Below are positions 12,701 through 25,700 of a stretch of 64,000 nt of DNA, one piece after another; position 1 is the first letter of the stretch; the number at the start of each line of letters is the position of its first letter. The translations under genes were made by a program, and so were the position numbers. The notes below the pieces were generated by a model that was not told the DNA's origin, searched no databases, and saw nothing but the letters and a program-made list of their open reading frames with translations. The DNA is taken from positions 30,132,001 to 30,196,000 of the forward strand of contig OZ024762.1 in NCBI GenBank assembly GCA_964016885.1. Direction: 5' to 3'. Source of the DNA: Eledone cirrhosa (Eukaryota).

Positions 12701-15700
12701 TTAGCTGTCAGAAGTAACTCCACTGTTGGTGAGAATTCATTTAAGTCATGGTATTAGTTGTCAGAAGTAACTCCAATGTTGGTGAGAATTCATTTAATTT
12801 CATGGTACTAGCTGTCAGAGGTAACTCCACTGTTGGTGAGAATTCATTTAAGTTCATGGTATTAGCTGTCAGAAGTAACTCCACTGTTGGTGAGAATTCA
12901 TTTAAGTCATGGTATTAGCTGTCAGAAGTAACTCCATTGTTGGTGAGAATTCAGTTAAGTTCATGGTATTAGTTGTCAGAAGTAACTCCACTGTTGGTGA
13001 GAATTAATTTAAATCATGGTATTAGTTGTCAGAAGTAACTCCAATGTTGGTGAGAATTCATTTAATTTCATGGTACTAGCTGTCAGAAGTAACTCCACTG
13101 TTGGTGAGAATTCATTTAAGTTCATGGTATTAGCTGTCAGAAGTAACTCCACTGTTGGTGAGAATTCATTTAAGTCATGGTATTAGCTGTCAGAAGTAAC
13201 TCCATTGTTGGTGAGAATTCATTTAAGTCATGGTACTAGCTGTCAGAAGTAACTCCACTGTTGGTGAGAATTCATTTAAGTTCATGGTACTAGCTGTCAG
13301 AAGTAACTCCACTGTTGGTGAGAATTCATTTAAGTTCATGGTACTAGCTGTCAGAAGTAACTCCACCGTTGGTGAGAATTCATTTAAGTTCATGGTATTA
13401 GCTGTCAGAAGTCACTCCAATGTTGGTGAGAATTCATTTATGTTCATGGTATTAGCTGTCAGAAGTAACTCCACTGTTGGTGAGAATTCATTTAAGTTCA
13501 TGGTATTAGCTGTCAGAAGTAACTCCACTGTTGGTGAGAATTCATTTAAGTCATGGTACTAGCTGTCAGAAGGAACTCCACTGTTGGTGAGAATTCATTT
13601 AAGTTCATGGTATTAGCTGTCAGAAGGAACGCCACTGTTGGTGAGAATTCATTTAAGTTCATGGTATTAGCTGTCAGAAGTAACTCCACTGTTGGTGAGA
13701 ATTCATTTAAGTTCATGGTACTAGCTGTCAGAAGTAACTCCAATGTTGGTGAGAATTCATTTAAGTTCATGGTATTAGCTGTCAGAAGGAACTCCACTGT
13801 TGGTGAGAATTCATTTAAGTTCATGGTATTAGCTGTCAGAAGTAACTCCACTGTTGGTGAGAATTCATTTAAGTTCATGGTACTAGTTGTCAGAAGTAAC
13901 TCCACTGTTGGTGAGAATTCATTTAAGTTCATGGTATTAGTTGTCAGAAGTAACTCCACTGTTGGTGAGAATTCATTTAAGTCATGGTATTAGTTGTCAG
14001 AAGTAACTCCAATGTTGGTGAGAATTCATTTAAGTTCATGGTACTAGCTGTCAGAAGTAACTCCACTGTTGGTGAGAATTCATTTAAGTTCATGGTATTA
14101 GCTGTCAGAAGTAACTCCACTGTTGGTGAGAATTCATTTAAGTCATGGTATTAGCTGTCAGAACTAACTCCATTGTTGGTGAGAATTCATTCAAGTCATG
14201 GTACTAGCTGTCAGAAGTAACTCCACTGTTGGTGAGAATTCATTTAAGTTCATGGTATTAGCTGTCAGAAGTAACTCCACTGTTGGTGAGAATTCATTTA
14301 AGTTCATGGTACTAGCTGTCAGAAGTAACTCCAATGTTGGTGAGAATTCATTTAAGTTCATGGTATTAGCTGTCAGAAGGAACTCCACTGTTGGTGAGAA
14401 TTCATTTAAGTTCATGGTATTAGCTGTCAGAAGTAACTCCACTGTTGGTGAGAATTCATTTAAGTTCATGGTACTAGTTGTCAGAAGTAACTCCACTGTT
14501 GGTGAGAATTCATTTAAGTTCATGGTATTAGCTGTCAGAAATAACTCCACTGTTGGTGAGAATTCATTTAAGTCATGGTATTAGCTGTCCGAAGTAACTC
14601 CAATGTTGGTGAGAATTCATTTAAGTTCATGGTATTAGCTGTCAGAAGTAACTCCACTGTTGGTGAGAATTCATTTAAGTTCATGGTATTAGCTGTCAGA
14701 AGTAACTCCACTGTTGGTGAGAATTCATTTAAGTTCATGGTACTAGCTGTCAGAAGTAACTCCACTGTTGGTGAGAATTCATTTAAGTTCATGGTATTAG
14801 TTTGTCAGAAGTAACTCCACTGTTGGTGAGAATTCATTTAAGTCATGGTATTAGTTGTCAGAAGTAACTCCAATGTTGGTGAGAATTCATTTAAGTTCAT
14901 GGTACTAGCTGTCAGAAGGAACTCCACTGTTGGTGAGAATTCATTTAAGTTCATGGTATTAGCTGTCAGAAGTAACTCCACTGTTGGTGAGAATTCATTT
15001 AAGTCATGGTATTAGCTGTCAGAAGTAACTCCAATGTTGGTGAGAATTCATTTAAGTCATGGTACTAGCTGTCAGAAGTAACTCCAATGTTGGTGAGAAT
15101 TCATTTAAGTTCATGGTATTAGCTGTCAGAAGGAACTCCACTGTTGGTCAGAATTCATTTAAATCATGGTATAAGTTGTCAGAAGTAACTCCAATGTTGG
15201 TGAGAATTCATTTAAGTTCATGGTATTAGCTGTCCGAAGTAACTCCAATGTTGGTGAGAATTCATTTAAGTTCATGGTATTAGCTGTCAGAAGTAACTCC
15301 ACTGTTGGTGAGAATTCATTTAAGTTCATGGTATTAGCTGTCAGAAGTAACTCCACTGTTGGTGAGAATTCATTTAAGTTCATGGTACTAGCTGTCAGAA
15401 GTAACTCCACTGTTGGTGAGAATTCATTTAAGTTCATGGTATTAGTTTGTCAGAAGTAACTCCACTGTTGGTGAGAATTCATTTAAGTCATGGTATTAGT
15501 TGTCAGAAGTAACTCCAATGTTGGTGAGAATTCATTTAAGTTCATGGTACTAGCTGTCAGAAGGAACTCCACTGTTGGTGAGAATTCATTTAAGTTCATG
15601 GTATTAGCTGTCAGAAGTAACTCCACTGTTGGTGAGAATTCATTTAAGTCATGGTATTAGCTGTCAGAAGTAACTCCAATGTTGGTGAGAATTCATTTAA

Positions 15701-18700
15701 GTCATGGTACTAGCTGTCAGAAGTAACTCCAATGTTGGTGAGAATTCATTTAAGTTCATGGTATTAGCTGTCAGAAGGAACTCCACTGTTGGTCAGAATT
15801 CATTTAAATCATGGTATAAGTTGTCAGAAGTAACTCCAATGTTGGTGAGAATTCATTTAAGTTCATGGTACTAGCTGTCAGAGGTAACTCCACTGTTGGT
15901 GAGAATTCATTTAAGTTCATGGTATTAGCTGTCAGAAGTAACTCCACTGTTGGTGAGAATTCATTTAAGTTCATGGTACTAGCTGTCAGAAGTAACTCCA
16001 CTGTTGGTGAGAATTCATTTAAGTCATGGTATTAGCTATCAGAAGTAACTCCATTGTTGGTGAGAATTCATTTAAGTCATGGTACTAGCTGTCAGAAGTA
16101 ACTCCACTGTTGGTGAGAATTCATTTAAGTTCATGGTACTAGCTGTCAGAAGTAACTCCACTGTTGGTGAGAATTCATTTAAGTTCATGGTACTAGCTGT
16201 CAGAAGTAACTCCACTGTTGGTGAGAGTTCATTTAAGTTCATGGTACTAGCTGCCAGAAGTAACTCCACTGTTGGTGAGAATTCATTTAAGTTCATGGTA
16301 TTAGCTGTCAGAAGTAACTCCACTGTTGGTGAGAATTCATTTAAGTCATGGTATTAGCTGTCAGAAGTAACTCCATTGTTGGTGAGAATTCATTTAAGTC
16401 ATGGTACTAGCTGTCAGAAGTAATTCCACTGTTGGTGAGAATTCATTTAAGTTCATGGTATTAGCTGTCAGAAGGAACTCCACTGTTGGTGAGAATTCAT
16501 TTAAGTTCATGGTACTAGCTGTCAGAAGTAACTCCAATGTTGGTGAGAATTCATTTAAGTTCATGGTATTAGCTGTCAGAAGGAACTCCACTGTTGGTGA
16601 GAATTCATTTAAGTTCATGGTACTAGCTGTCAGAAGGAACGCCACTGTTGGTGAGAATTCATTTAAGTTCATGGTATTAGCTGTTAGAAGGAACTCCACT
16701 GTTGGTGAGAATTCATTTAAGTTCATGGTACTAGCTGTCAGAAGTAACTCCACTGTTGGTGAGAATTCATTTAAGTTCATGGTATTAGCTGTCAGAAGTA
16801 ACTCCACTGTTGGTGAGAATTCATTTAAGTTCATGGTATTAGCTGTCAGAAGTAACTCCACTGTTGGTGAGAATTCATTTAAGTCATGGTATTAGCTGTC
16901 AGAAGTAACTCCATTGTTGGTGAGAATTCATTTAAGTCATGGTACTAGCTGTCAGAAGTAACTCCACTGTTGGTGAGAATTCATTTAAGTTCATGGTATT
17001 AGCTGTCAGAAGGAACTCCACTGTTGGTGAGAATTCATTTTAGTTCATGGTACTAGCTGTCAGAAGTAACTCCAATGTTGGTGAGAATTCATTTAAGTTC
17101 ATGGTATTAGCTGTCAGAAGGAACTCCACTGTTGGTGAGAATTCATTTAAGTCATGGTATTAGCTGTCAGAAGTAACTCCATTGTTGGTGAGAATTCATT
17201 TAAGTCATGGTACTAGCTGTCAGAAGTAATTCCACTGTTGGTGAGAATTCATTTAAGTTCATGGTATTAGCTGTCAGAAGGAACTCCACTGTTGGTGAGA
17301 ATTCATTTAAGTTCATGGTACTAGCTGTCAGAAGTAACTCCAATGTTGGTGAGAATTCATTTAAGTTCATGGTATTAGCTGTCAGAAGGAACTCCACTGT
17401 TGGTGAGAATTCATTTAAGTTCATGGTACTAGCTGTTAGAAGGAACGCCACTGTTGGTGAGAATTCATTTAAGTTCATGGTATTAGCTGTTAGAAGGAAC
17501 TCCACTGTTGGTGAGAATTCATTTAAGTTCATGGTACTAGCTGTCAGAAGTAACTCCACTGTTGGTGAGAATTCATTTAAGTTCATGGTATTAGCTGTCA
17601 GAAGTAACTCCACTGTTGGTGAGAATTCATTTAAGTTCATGGTATTAGCTGTCAGAAGTAACTCCACTGTTGGTGAGAATTCATTTAAGTCATGGTATTA
17701 GCTGTCAGAAGTAACTCCATTGTTGGTGAGAATTCATTTAAGTCATGGTACTAGCTGTCAGAAGTAACTCCACTGTTGGTGAGAATTCATTTAAGTTCAT
17801 GGTATTAGCTGTCAGAAGGAACTCCACTGTTGGTGAGAATTCATTTTAGTTCATGGTACTAGCTGTCAGAAGTAACTCCAATGTTGGTGAGAATTCATTT
17901 AAGTTCATGGTATTAGCTGTCAGAAGGAACTCCACTGTTGGTGAAAATTCATTTAAGTTCATGGTATTAGCTGTCAGAAGTAACTCCACTGTTGGTGAGA
18001 ATTCATTTAAGTTCATGGTATTAGCTGTCAGAAGTAACTCCACTGTTGGTGAGAATTCATTTAAGTCATGGTATTAGCTGTCAGAAGGAACTCCACTGTT
18101 GGTGAAAATTCATTTAAGTTCATGATATTAGCTGTCAGAAGTAACTCCACTGTTGGTGAGAATTCATTTAAGTTCATGGTATTAGCTGTCAGAAGTAACT
18201 CCACTGTTGGTGAGAATTCATTTAAGTCATGGTATTAGTTGTCAGAAGTAACTCCAATGTTGGTGAGAATTCATTTAAGTTCATGGTACTAGCTGTCAGA
18301 AGTAACTCCACTGTTGGTGAGAATTCATTTAAGTTCATGGTATTAGCTGTCAGAAGTAACTCCACTGTTGGTGAGAATTCATTTAAGTCATGGTATTACC
18401 TGTCAGAAGTAACTCCAATGTTGGTGAGAATTCATTTAAGTCATGGTACTAGCTGTCAGAAGTAACTCCAATGTTGGTGAGAATTCATTTAAGTTCATGG
18501 TATTAGCTGTCAGAAGGAACTCCACTGTTGGTGAGAATTCATTTAAGTTCATGGTATTAGCTGTCAGAAGTAACTCCACTGTTGGTGAGAATTCATTTAA
18601 GTTCATGGTACTAGCTGTCAGAAGTAACTCCACTGTTGGTGAGAATTCAGTTAAGTTCATGGTACTAGCTGTCAGAAGTAACTCCACTGTTGGTGAGAAT

Positions 18701-19740
18701 TCAGTTAAGTTCATGGTATTAGCTGTCAGAAGGAACTCCACTGTTGGTGAGAATTCATTTAAGTTCATGGTATTAGCTGTCAGAAGTAACTCCACTGTTG
18801 GTGAGAATTCATTTAAGTTCATGGTACTAGCTGTCAGAAGTAACTCCACTGTTGGTGAGAATTCATTTAAGTTCATGGTACTAGCTGTCAGAAGTAACTC
18901 CACTGTTGGTGAGAATTCAGTTAAGTTCATGGTATTAGTTGTCAGAAGTAACTCCACTGTTGGTGAGAATTCATTTAAATCATGGTATTAGTTGTCAGAA
19001 GTAACTCCAATGTTGGTGAGAATTCATTTAAGTTCATGGTACTAGCTGTCAGAAGTAACTCCACTGTTGGTGAGAATTCATTTAAGTTCATGGTATTAGC
19101 TGTCAGAAGTAACTCCACTGTTGGTGAGAATTCATTTAAGTTCATGGTATTAGCTGTCAGAAGTAACTCCACTGTTGGTGAGAATTCATTTAAGTCATGG
19201 TATTAGTTGTCAGAAGTAACTCCAATGTTGGTGAGAATTCATTTAAGTTCATGGTACTAGCTGTCAGAAGTAAGTCCACTGTTGGTGAGAATTCATTTAA
19301 GTTCATGGTATTAGCTGTCAGAAGTAACTCCACTGTTGGTGAGAATTCATTTAAGTCATGGTATTAGCTGTCAGAAGTAACTCCATTGTTGGTGAGAATT
19401 CATTTAAGTCATGGTACTAGCTGTCAGAAGTAACTCCACTGTTGTTGAGAATTCATTTAAGTTCATGGTATTAGCTGTCAGAAGGAACTCCACTGTTGGT
19501 GAGAATTCATTTAAGTTCATGGTACTAGCTGTCAGAAGTAACTCCAATGTTGGTGAGAATTCATTTAAGTTCATGGTATTAGCTGTCAGAAGGAACTCCA
19601 CTGTTGGTGAGAATTCATTTAAGTTCATGGTATTAGTTGTCAGAAGTAACTCCACTGTTGGTGAGAATTCATTTAAGTTCATGGTATTAGCTGTCAGAAG
19701 TAACTCCACTGTTGGTGAGAATTCATTTAAGTCATGGTAT

Positions 19741-22700
19741 TAGCTGTCAGAAGTAACTCCAATGTTGGTGAGAATTCATTTAAGTTCATGGTATTAGCTG
19801 TCAGAAGTAACTCCACTGTTGGTGAGAATTCATTTAAGTTCATGGTATTAGCTGTCAGAAGTAACTCCACTGTTGGTGAGAATTCATTTAAGTTCATGGT
19901 ACTAGCTGTCAGAAGTAACCCCACTGTTGGTGAGAATTCATTTAAGTTCATGGTATTAGTTTGTCAGAAGTAACTCCACTGTTGGTGAGAATTCATTTAA
20001 GTCATGGTATTAGTTGTCAGAAGTAACTCCAATGTTGGTGAGAATTCATTTAAGTTCATGGTACTAGCTGTCAGAAGTAACTCCACTGTTGGTGAGAATT
20101 CATTTAAGTTCATGGTATTAGCTGTCAGAAGTAACTCCACTGTTGGTGAGAATTCATTTAAGTCATGGTATTAGCTGTCAGAAGTAACTCCAATGTTGGG
20201 GAGAATTCATTTAAGTCATGGTACTAGCTGTCAGAAGTAACTCCAATGTTGGTGAGAATTCATTTAAGTTCATGGTATTAGCTGTCAGAAGTAACTCCAC
20301 TGTTGGTGAGAATTCATTTAAGTTCATGGTATTAGCTGTCAGAAGTAACTCCACTGTTGGTGAGAATTCATTTAAGTTCATGGTACTAGCTGTCAGAAGT
20401 AACTCCACTGTTGGTGAGAATTCAGTTAAGTTCATGGTACTAGCTCTCAGAAGTAACTCCACTGTTGGTGAGAATTCAGTTAAGTTCATGGTATTAGCTG
20501 TCAGAAGGAACTCCACTGTTGGTGAGAATTCATTTAAGTTCATGGTATTAGCTGTCAGAAGTAACTCCACTGTTGGTGAGAATTCATTTAAGTTCATGGT
20601 ACTAGCTGTCAGAAGTAACTCCACTGTTGGTGAGAATTCATTTAAGTTCATGGTACTAGCTGTCAGAAGTAACTCCACTGTTGGTGAGAATTCAGTTAAG
20701 TTCATGGTATTAGTTGTCAGAAGTAACTCAAATGTTGGTGAGAATTCATTTAAATCATGGTATTAGTTGTCAGAAGTAACTCCAACGTTGGTGAGAATTC
20801 ATTTAAGTTCATGGTACTAGCTGTCAGAAGTAACTCCACTGTTGGTGAAAATTCATTTAAGTTCATGGTATTAGCTGTCAGAAGTAACTCCACTGTTGGT
20901 GAGAATTCATTTAAGTCATGGTATTAGCTGTCAGAAGTAACTCCATTGTTGGTGAGAATTCATTTAAGTCATGGTACTAGCTGTCAGAAGTAACTCCATT
21001 GTTGGTGAGAATTCATTTAAGTTCATGGTATTAGCTGTCAGAAGGAACTCCACTGTTGGTGAGAATTCATTTAAGTTCATGGTATTAGCTGTCAGAAGTA
21101 ACTCCACTGTTGGTGAGAATTCATTTAAGTTCATGGTATTAGCTGTCAGAAGTAACTCCAATGTTGGTGAGAATTCATTTAAGTCATGGTACTAGCTGTC
21201 AGAAGTAACTCCACTGTTGGTGAGAATTCATTTAAGTTCATGGTATTAGCTGTCAGAAGGAACTCCACTGTTGGTGAGAATTCATTTAAGTTCATGGTAT
21301 TAGCTGTCAGAAGTGTCTCCACTGTTGGTGAGAATTCATTTAAGTTCATGGTACTAGCTGTCAGAAGTAACTCCAATGTTGGTGAGAATTCATGTAAGTT
21401 CATGGTATTAGCTGTCAGAAGTAACTCCACTGTTGGTGAGAATTCATTTAAGTTCATGGTATTAGCTGTCAGAAGTAACTCCACTGTTGGTGAGAATTCA
21501 TTTAAGTTCATGGTACTAGCTGTCAGAAGTAACTCCACTGTTGGTGAGAATTCATTTAAGTTCATGGTATTAGCTGTCAGAAGTAACTCCACTGTTGGTG
21601 AGAATTCATTTAAGTCATGGTATTAGCTATCAGAAGTAACTCCATTGTTGGTGAGAATTCATTTAAGTCATGGTACTAGCTGTCAGAAGTAACTCCACTG
21701 TTGGTGAGAATTCATTTAAGTTCATGGTACTAGCTGTCAGAAGTAACTCCACTGTTGGTGAGAATTCATTTAAGTTCATGGTACTAGCTGTCAGAAGTAA
21801 CTCCACTGTTGGTGAGAATTCATTTAAGTTCATGGTACTAGCTGTCAGAAGTAACTCCACTGTTGGTGAGAATTCATTTAAGTTCATGGTACTAGCTGTC
21901 AGAAGTAACTCAAATGTTGGTGAGAATTCATTTAAGTTCATGGTATTAGCTGTCAGAAGTAACTCCACTGTTGGTGAGAATTCATTTAAGTTCATGGTAC
22001 TAGCTGTCAGAAGTAACTCCACTGTTGGTGAGAATTCATTTAAGTTCATGGTATTAGCTGTCAGAAGTAACTCCACTGTTGGTGAGAATTCATTTAAGTT
22101 CATGGTACTAGCTGTCAGAAGTAACCCCAATGTTGGTGACAATTCATTTAAGTTCATGGTATTAGCTGTCAGAAGTCACTCCAATGTTGGTGAGAATTCA
22201 TTTAAGTTCATGGTATTAGCTGTCAGAAGTCACTCCACTGTTGGTGAGAATTCATTTAAGTTCATGGTATTAGCTGTCAGAAGTAACTCCACTGTTGGTG
22301 AGAATTCATTTAAGTTCATGGTACTAGCTGTCAGAAGTAACTCCACTGTTGGTGAGAATTCAGTTAAGTTTATGGTACTAGCTGTCAGAAGTAACTCCAC
22401 TGTTGGTGAGAATTCAGTTAAGTTCATGGTATTAGCTGTCAGAAGGAACTCCACTGTTGGTGAGAATTCATTTAAGTTCATGGTATTAGCTGTCAGAAGT
22501 AACTCCACTGTTGGTGAGAATTCATTTAAGTTCATGGTACTAGCTGTCAGAAGTAACTCCACTGTTGGTGAGCATTCATTTAAGTTCATGGTACTAGCTG
22601 TCAGAAGTAACTCCACTCTTGGTGAGAATTCAGTTAAGTTCATGGTATTAGTTGTCAGAAGTAACTCCACTGTTGGTGAGAATTCATTTAAATCATGGTA

Positions 22701-25700
22701 TTAGATGTCAGAAGTAACTCCAATGTTGGTGAGAATTCATTTAAGTTCATGGCACTAGCTGTCAGAAGTAACTCCACTGTTGGTGAGAATTCATTTAAGT
22801 TCATGGTATTAGTTGTCAGAAGTAACTCCACTGTTGGTGAGAATTCATTTAAGTTCATGGTATTAGCTGTCAGAAGTAACTCCACTGTTGGTGAGAATTC
22901 ATTTAAGTCATGGTATTAGCTGTCAGAAGTAACTCCAATGTTGGTGAGAATTCATTTAAGTTCATGGTATTAGCTGTCAGAAGTAACTCCACTGTTGGTG
23001 AGAATTCATTTAAGTTCATGGTATTAGCTGTCAGAAGTAACTCCACTGTTGGTGAGAATTCATTTAAGTTCATGGTACTAGCTGTCAGAAGTAACTCCAC
23101 TGTTGGTGAGAATTCATTTAAGTTCATGGTATTAGTTTGTCAGAAGTAACTCCACTGTTGGTGAGAATTCATTTAAGTCATGGTATTAGTTGTCAGAAGT
23201 AACTCCAATGTTGGTGAGAATTCATTTAAGTTCATGGTACTAGCTGTCAGAAGTAACTCCACTGTTGGTGAGAATTCATTTAAGTTCATGGTATTAGCTG
23301 TCAGAAGTAACTCCACTGTTGGTGAAAATTCATTTAAGTCATGGTATTAGCTGTCAGAAGTAACTCCAATGTTGGTGAGAATTCATTTAAGTCATGGTAC
23401 TAGCTGTCAGAAGTAACTCCAATGTTGGTGAGAATTCATTTAAGTTCATGGTATTAGCTGTCAGAAGGAACTCCACTGTTGGTGAGAATTCATTTAAGTT
23501 CATGGTATTAGCTGTCAGAAGTAACTCCACTGTTGGTGAGAATTCATTTAAGTTCATGGTACTAGCTGTCAGAAGTAACTCCACTGTTGGTGAGAATTCA
23601 GTTAAGTTCATGGTACTAGCTGTCAGAAGTAACTCCACTGTTGGTGAGAATTCAGTTAAGTTCATGGTATTAGCTGTCAGAAGGAACTCCACTGTTGGTG
23701 AGAATTCATTTAAGTTCATGGTATTAGCTGTCAGAAGTAACTCCAATGTTGGTGAGAATTCATTTAAGTCATGGTACTAGCTGTCAGAAGTAACTCCACT
23801 GTTGGTGAGAATTCATTTAAGTTCATGGTATTAGCTGTCAGAAGGAACTCCACTGTTGGTGAGAATTCATTTAAGTTCATGGTATTAGCTGTCAGAAGTG
23901 TCTCCACTGTTGGTGAGAATTCATTTAAGTTCATGGTACTAGCTGTCAGAAGTAACTCCAATGTTGGTGAGAATTCATGTAAGTTCATGGTATTAGCTGT
24001 CAGAAGTAACTCCACTGTTGGTGAGAATTCATTTAAGTTCATGGTATTAGCTGTCAGAAGTAACTCCACTGTTGGTGAGAATTCATTTAAGTTCATGGTA
24101 CTAGCTGTCAGAAGTAACTCCACTGTTGGTGAGAATTCATTTAAGTTCATGGTATTAGCTGTCAGAAGTAACTCCACTGTTGGTGAGAATTCATTTAAGT
24201 CATGGTATTAGCTATCAGAAGTAACTCCATTGTTGGTGAGAATTCATTTAAGTCATGGTACTAGCTGTCAGAAGTAACTCCACTGTTGGTGAGAATTCAT
24301 TTAAGTTCATGGTACTAGCTGTCAGAAGTAACTCCACTGTTGGTGAGAATTCATTTAAGTTCATGGTACTAGCTGTCAGAAGTAACTCCAATGTTGGTGA
24401 GAATTCATTTAAGTTCATGGTATTAGCTGTCAGAAGTAACTCCACTGTTGGTGAGAATTCATTTAAGTTCATGGTATTAGCTGTCAGAAGTAACTCCACT
24501 GTTGGTGAGAATTCATTTAAGTTCATGGTACTAGCTGTCAGAAGTAACCCCACTGTTGGTGAGAATTCATTTAAGTTCATGGTATTAGTTTGTCAGAAGT
24601 AACTCCACTGTTGGTGAGAATTCATTTAAGTCATGGTATTAGTTGTCAGAAGTAACTCCAATGTTGGTGAGAATTCATTTAAGTTCATGGTACTAGCTGT
24701 CAGAAGTAACTCCACTGTTGGTGAGAATTCATTTAAGTTCATGGTATTAGCTGTCAGAAGTAACTCCACTGTTGGTGAGAATTCATTTAAGTCATGGTAT
24801 TAGCTGTCAGAAGTAACTCCAATGTTGGGGAGAATTCATTTAAGTCATGGTACTAGCTGTCAGAAGTAACTCCAATGTTGGTGAGAATTCATTTAAGTTC
24901 ATGGTATTAGCTGTCAGAAGTAACTCCACTGTTGGTGAGAATTCATTTAAGTTCATGGTATTAGCTGTCAGAAGTAACTCCACTGTTGGTGAGAATTCAT
25001 TTAAGTTCATGGTACTAGCTGTCAGAAGTAACTCCACTGTTGGTGAGAATTCAGTTAAGTTCATGGTACTAGCTGTCAGAAGTAACTCCACTGTTGGTGA
25101 GAATTCAGTTAAGTTCATGGTATTAGCTGTCAGAAGGAACTCCACTGTTGGTGAGAATTCATTTAAGTTCATGGTATTAGCTGTCAGAAGTAACTCCACT
25201 GTTGGTGAGAATTCATTTAAGTTCATGGTACTAGCTGTCAGAAGTAACTCCACTGTTGGTGAGAATTCATTTAAGTTCATGGTACTAGCTGTCAGAAGTA
25301 ACTCCACTGTTGGTGAGAATTCAGTTAAGTTCATGGTATTAGTTGTCAGAAGTAACTCAAATGTTGGTGAGAATTCATTTAAATCATGGTATTAGTTGTC
25401 AGAAGTAACTCCAACGTTGGTGAGAATTCATTTAAGTTCATGGTACTAGCTGTCAGAAGTAACTCCACTGTTGGTGAAAATTCATTTAAGTTCATGGTAT
25501 TAGCTGTCAGAAGTAACTCCACTGTTGGTGAGAATTCATTTAAGTCATGGTATTAGCTGTCAGAAGTAACTCCATTGTTGGTGAGAATTCATTTAAGTCA
25601 TGGTACTAGCTGTCAGAAGTAACTCCATTGTTGGTGAGAATTCATTTAAGTTCATGGTATTAGCTGTCAGAAGGAACTCCACTGTTGGTGAGAATTCATT

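Larger units (their letters stand above)
1..19300. repeat. Higher-order block A: three tandem near-identical copies (1-6985, 6986-13434, 13435-~19300 partial); periods 6985 bp (130 monomers) and 6449 bp (120 monomers)
   Basis: Rare variant CATTTATGTT at 1, 6986 and 13435. Identical ORF series at 112/7097/13546, 2638/9623/16072 and 5002/11987/18436. Shared rare variants GAACTAAC, TTCAAG, CCGAAG, GAGAGTTC, GCTGCC and TTACCTG in register. Confidence 0.95.
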
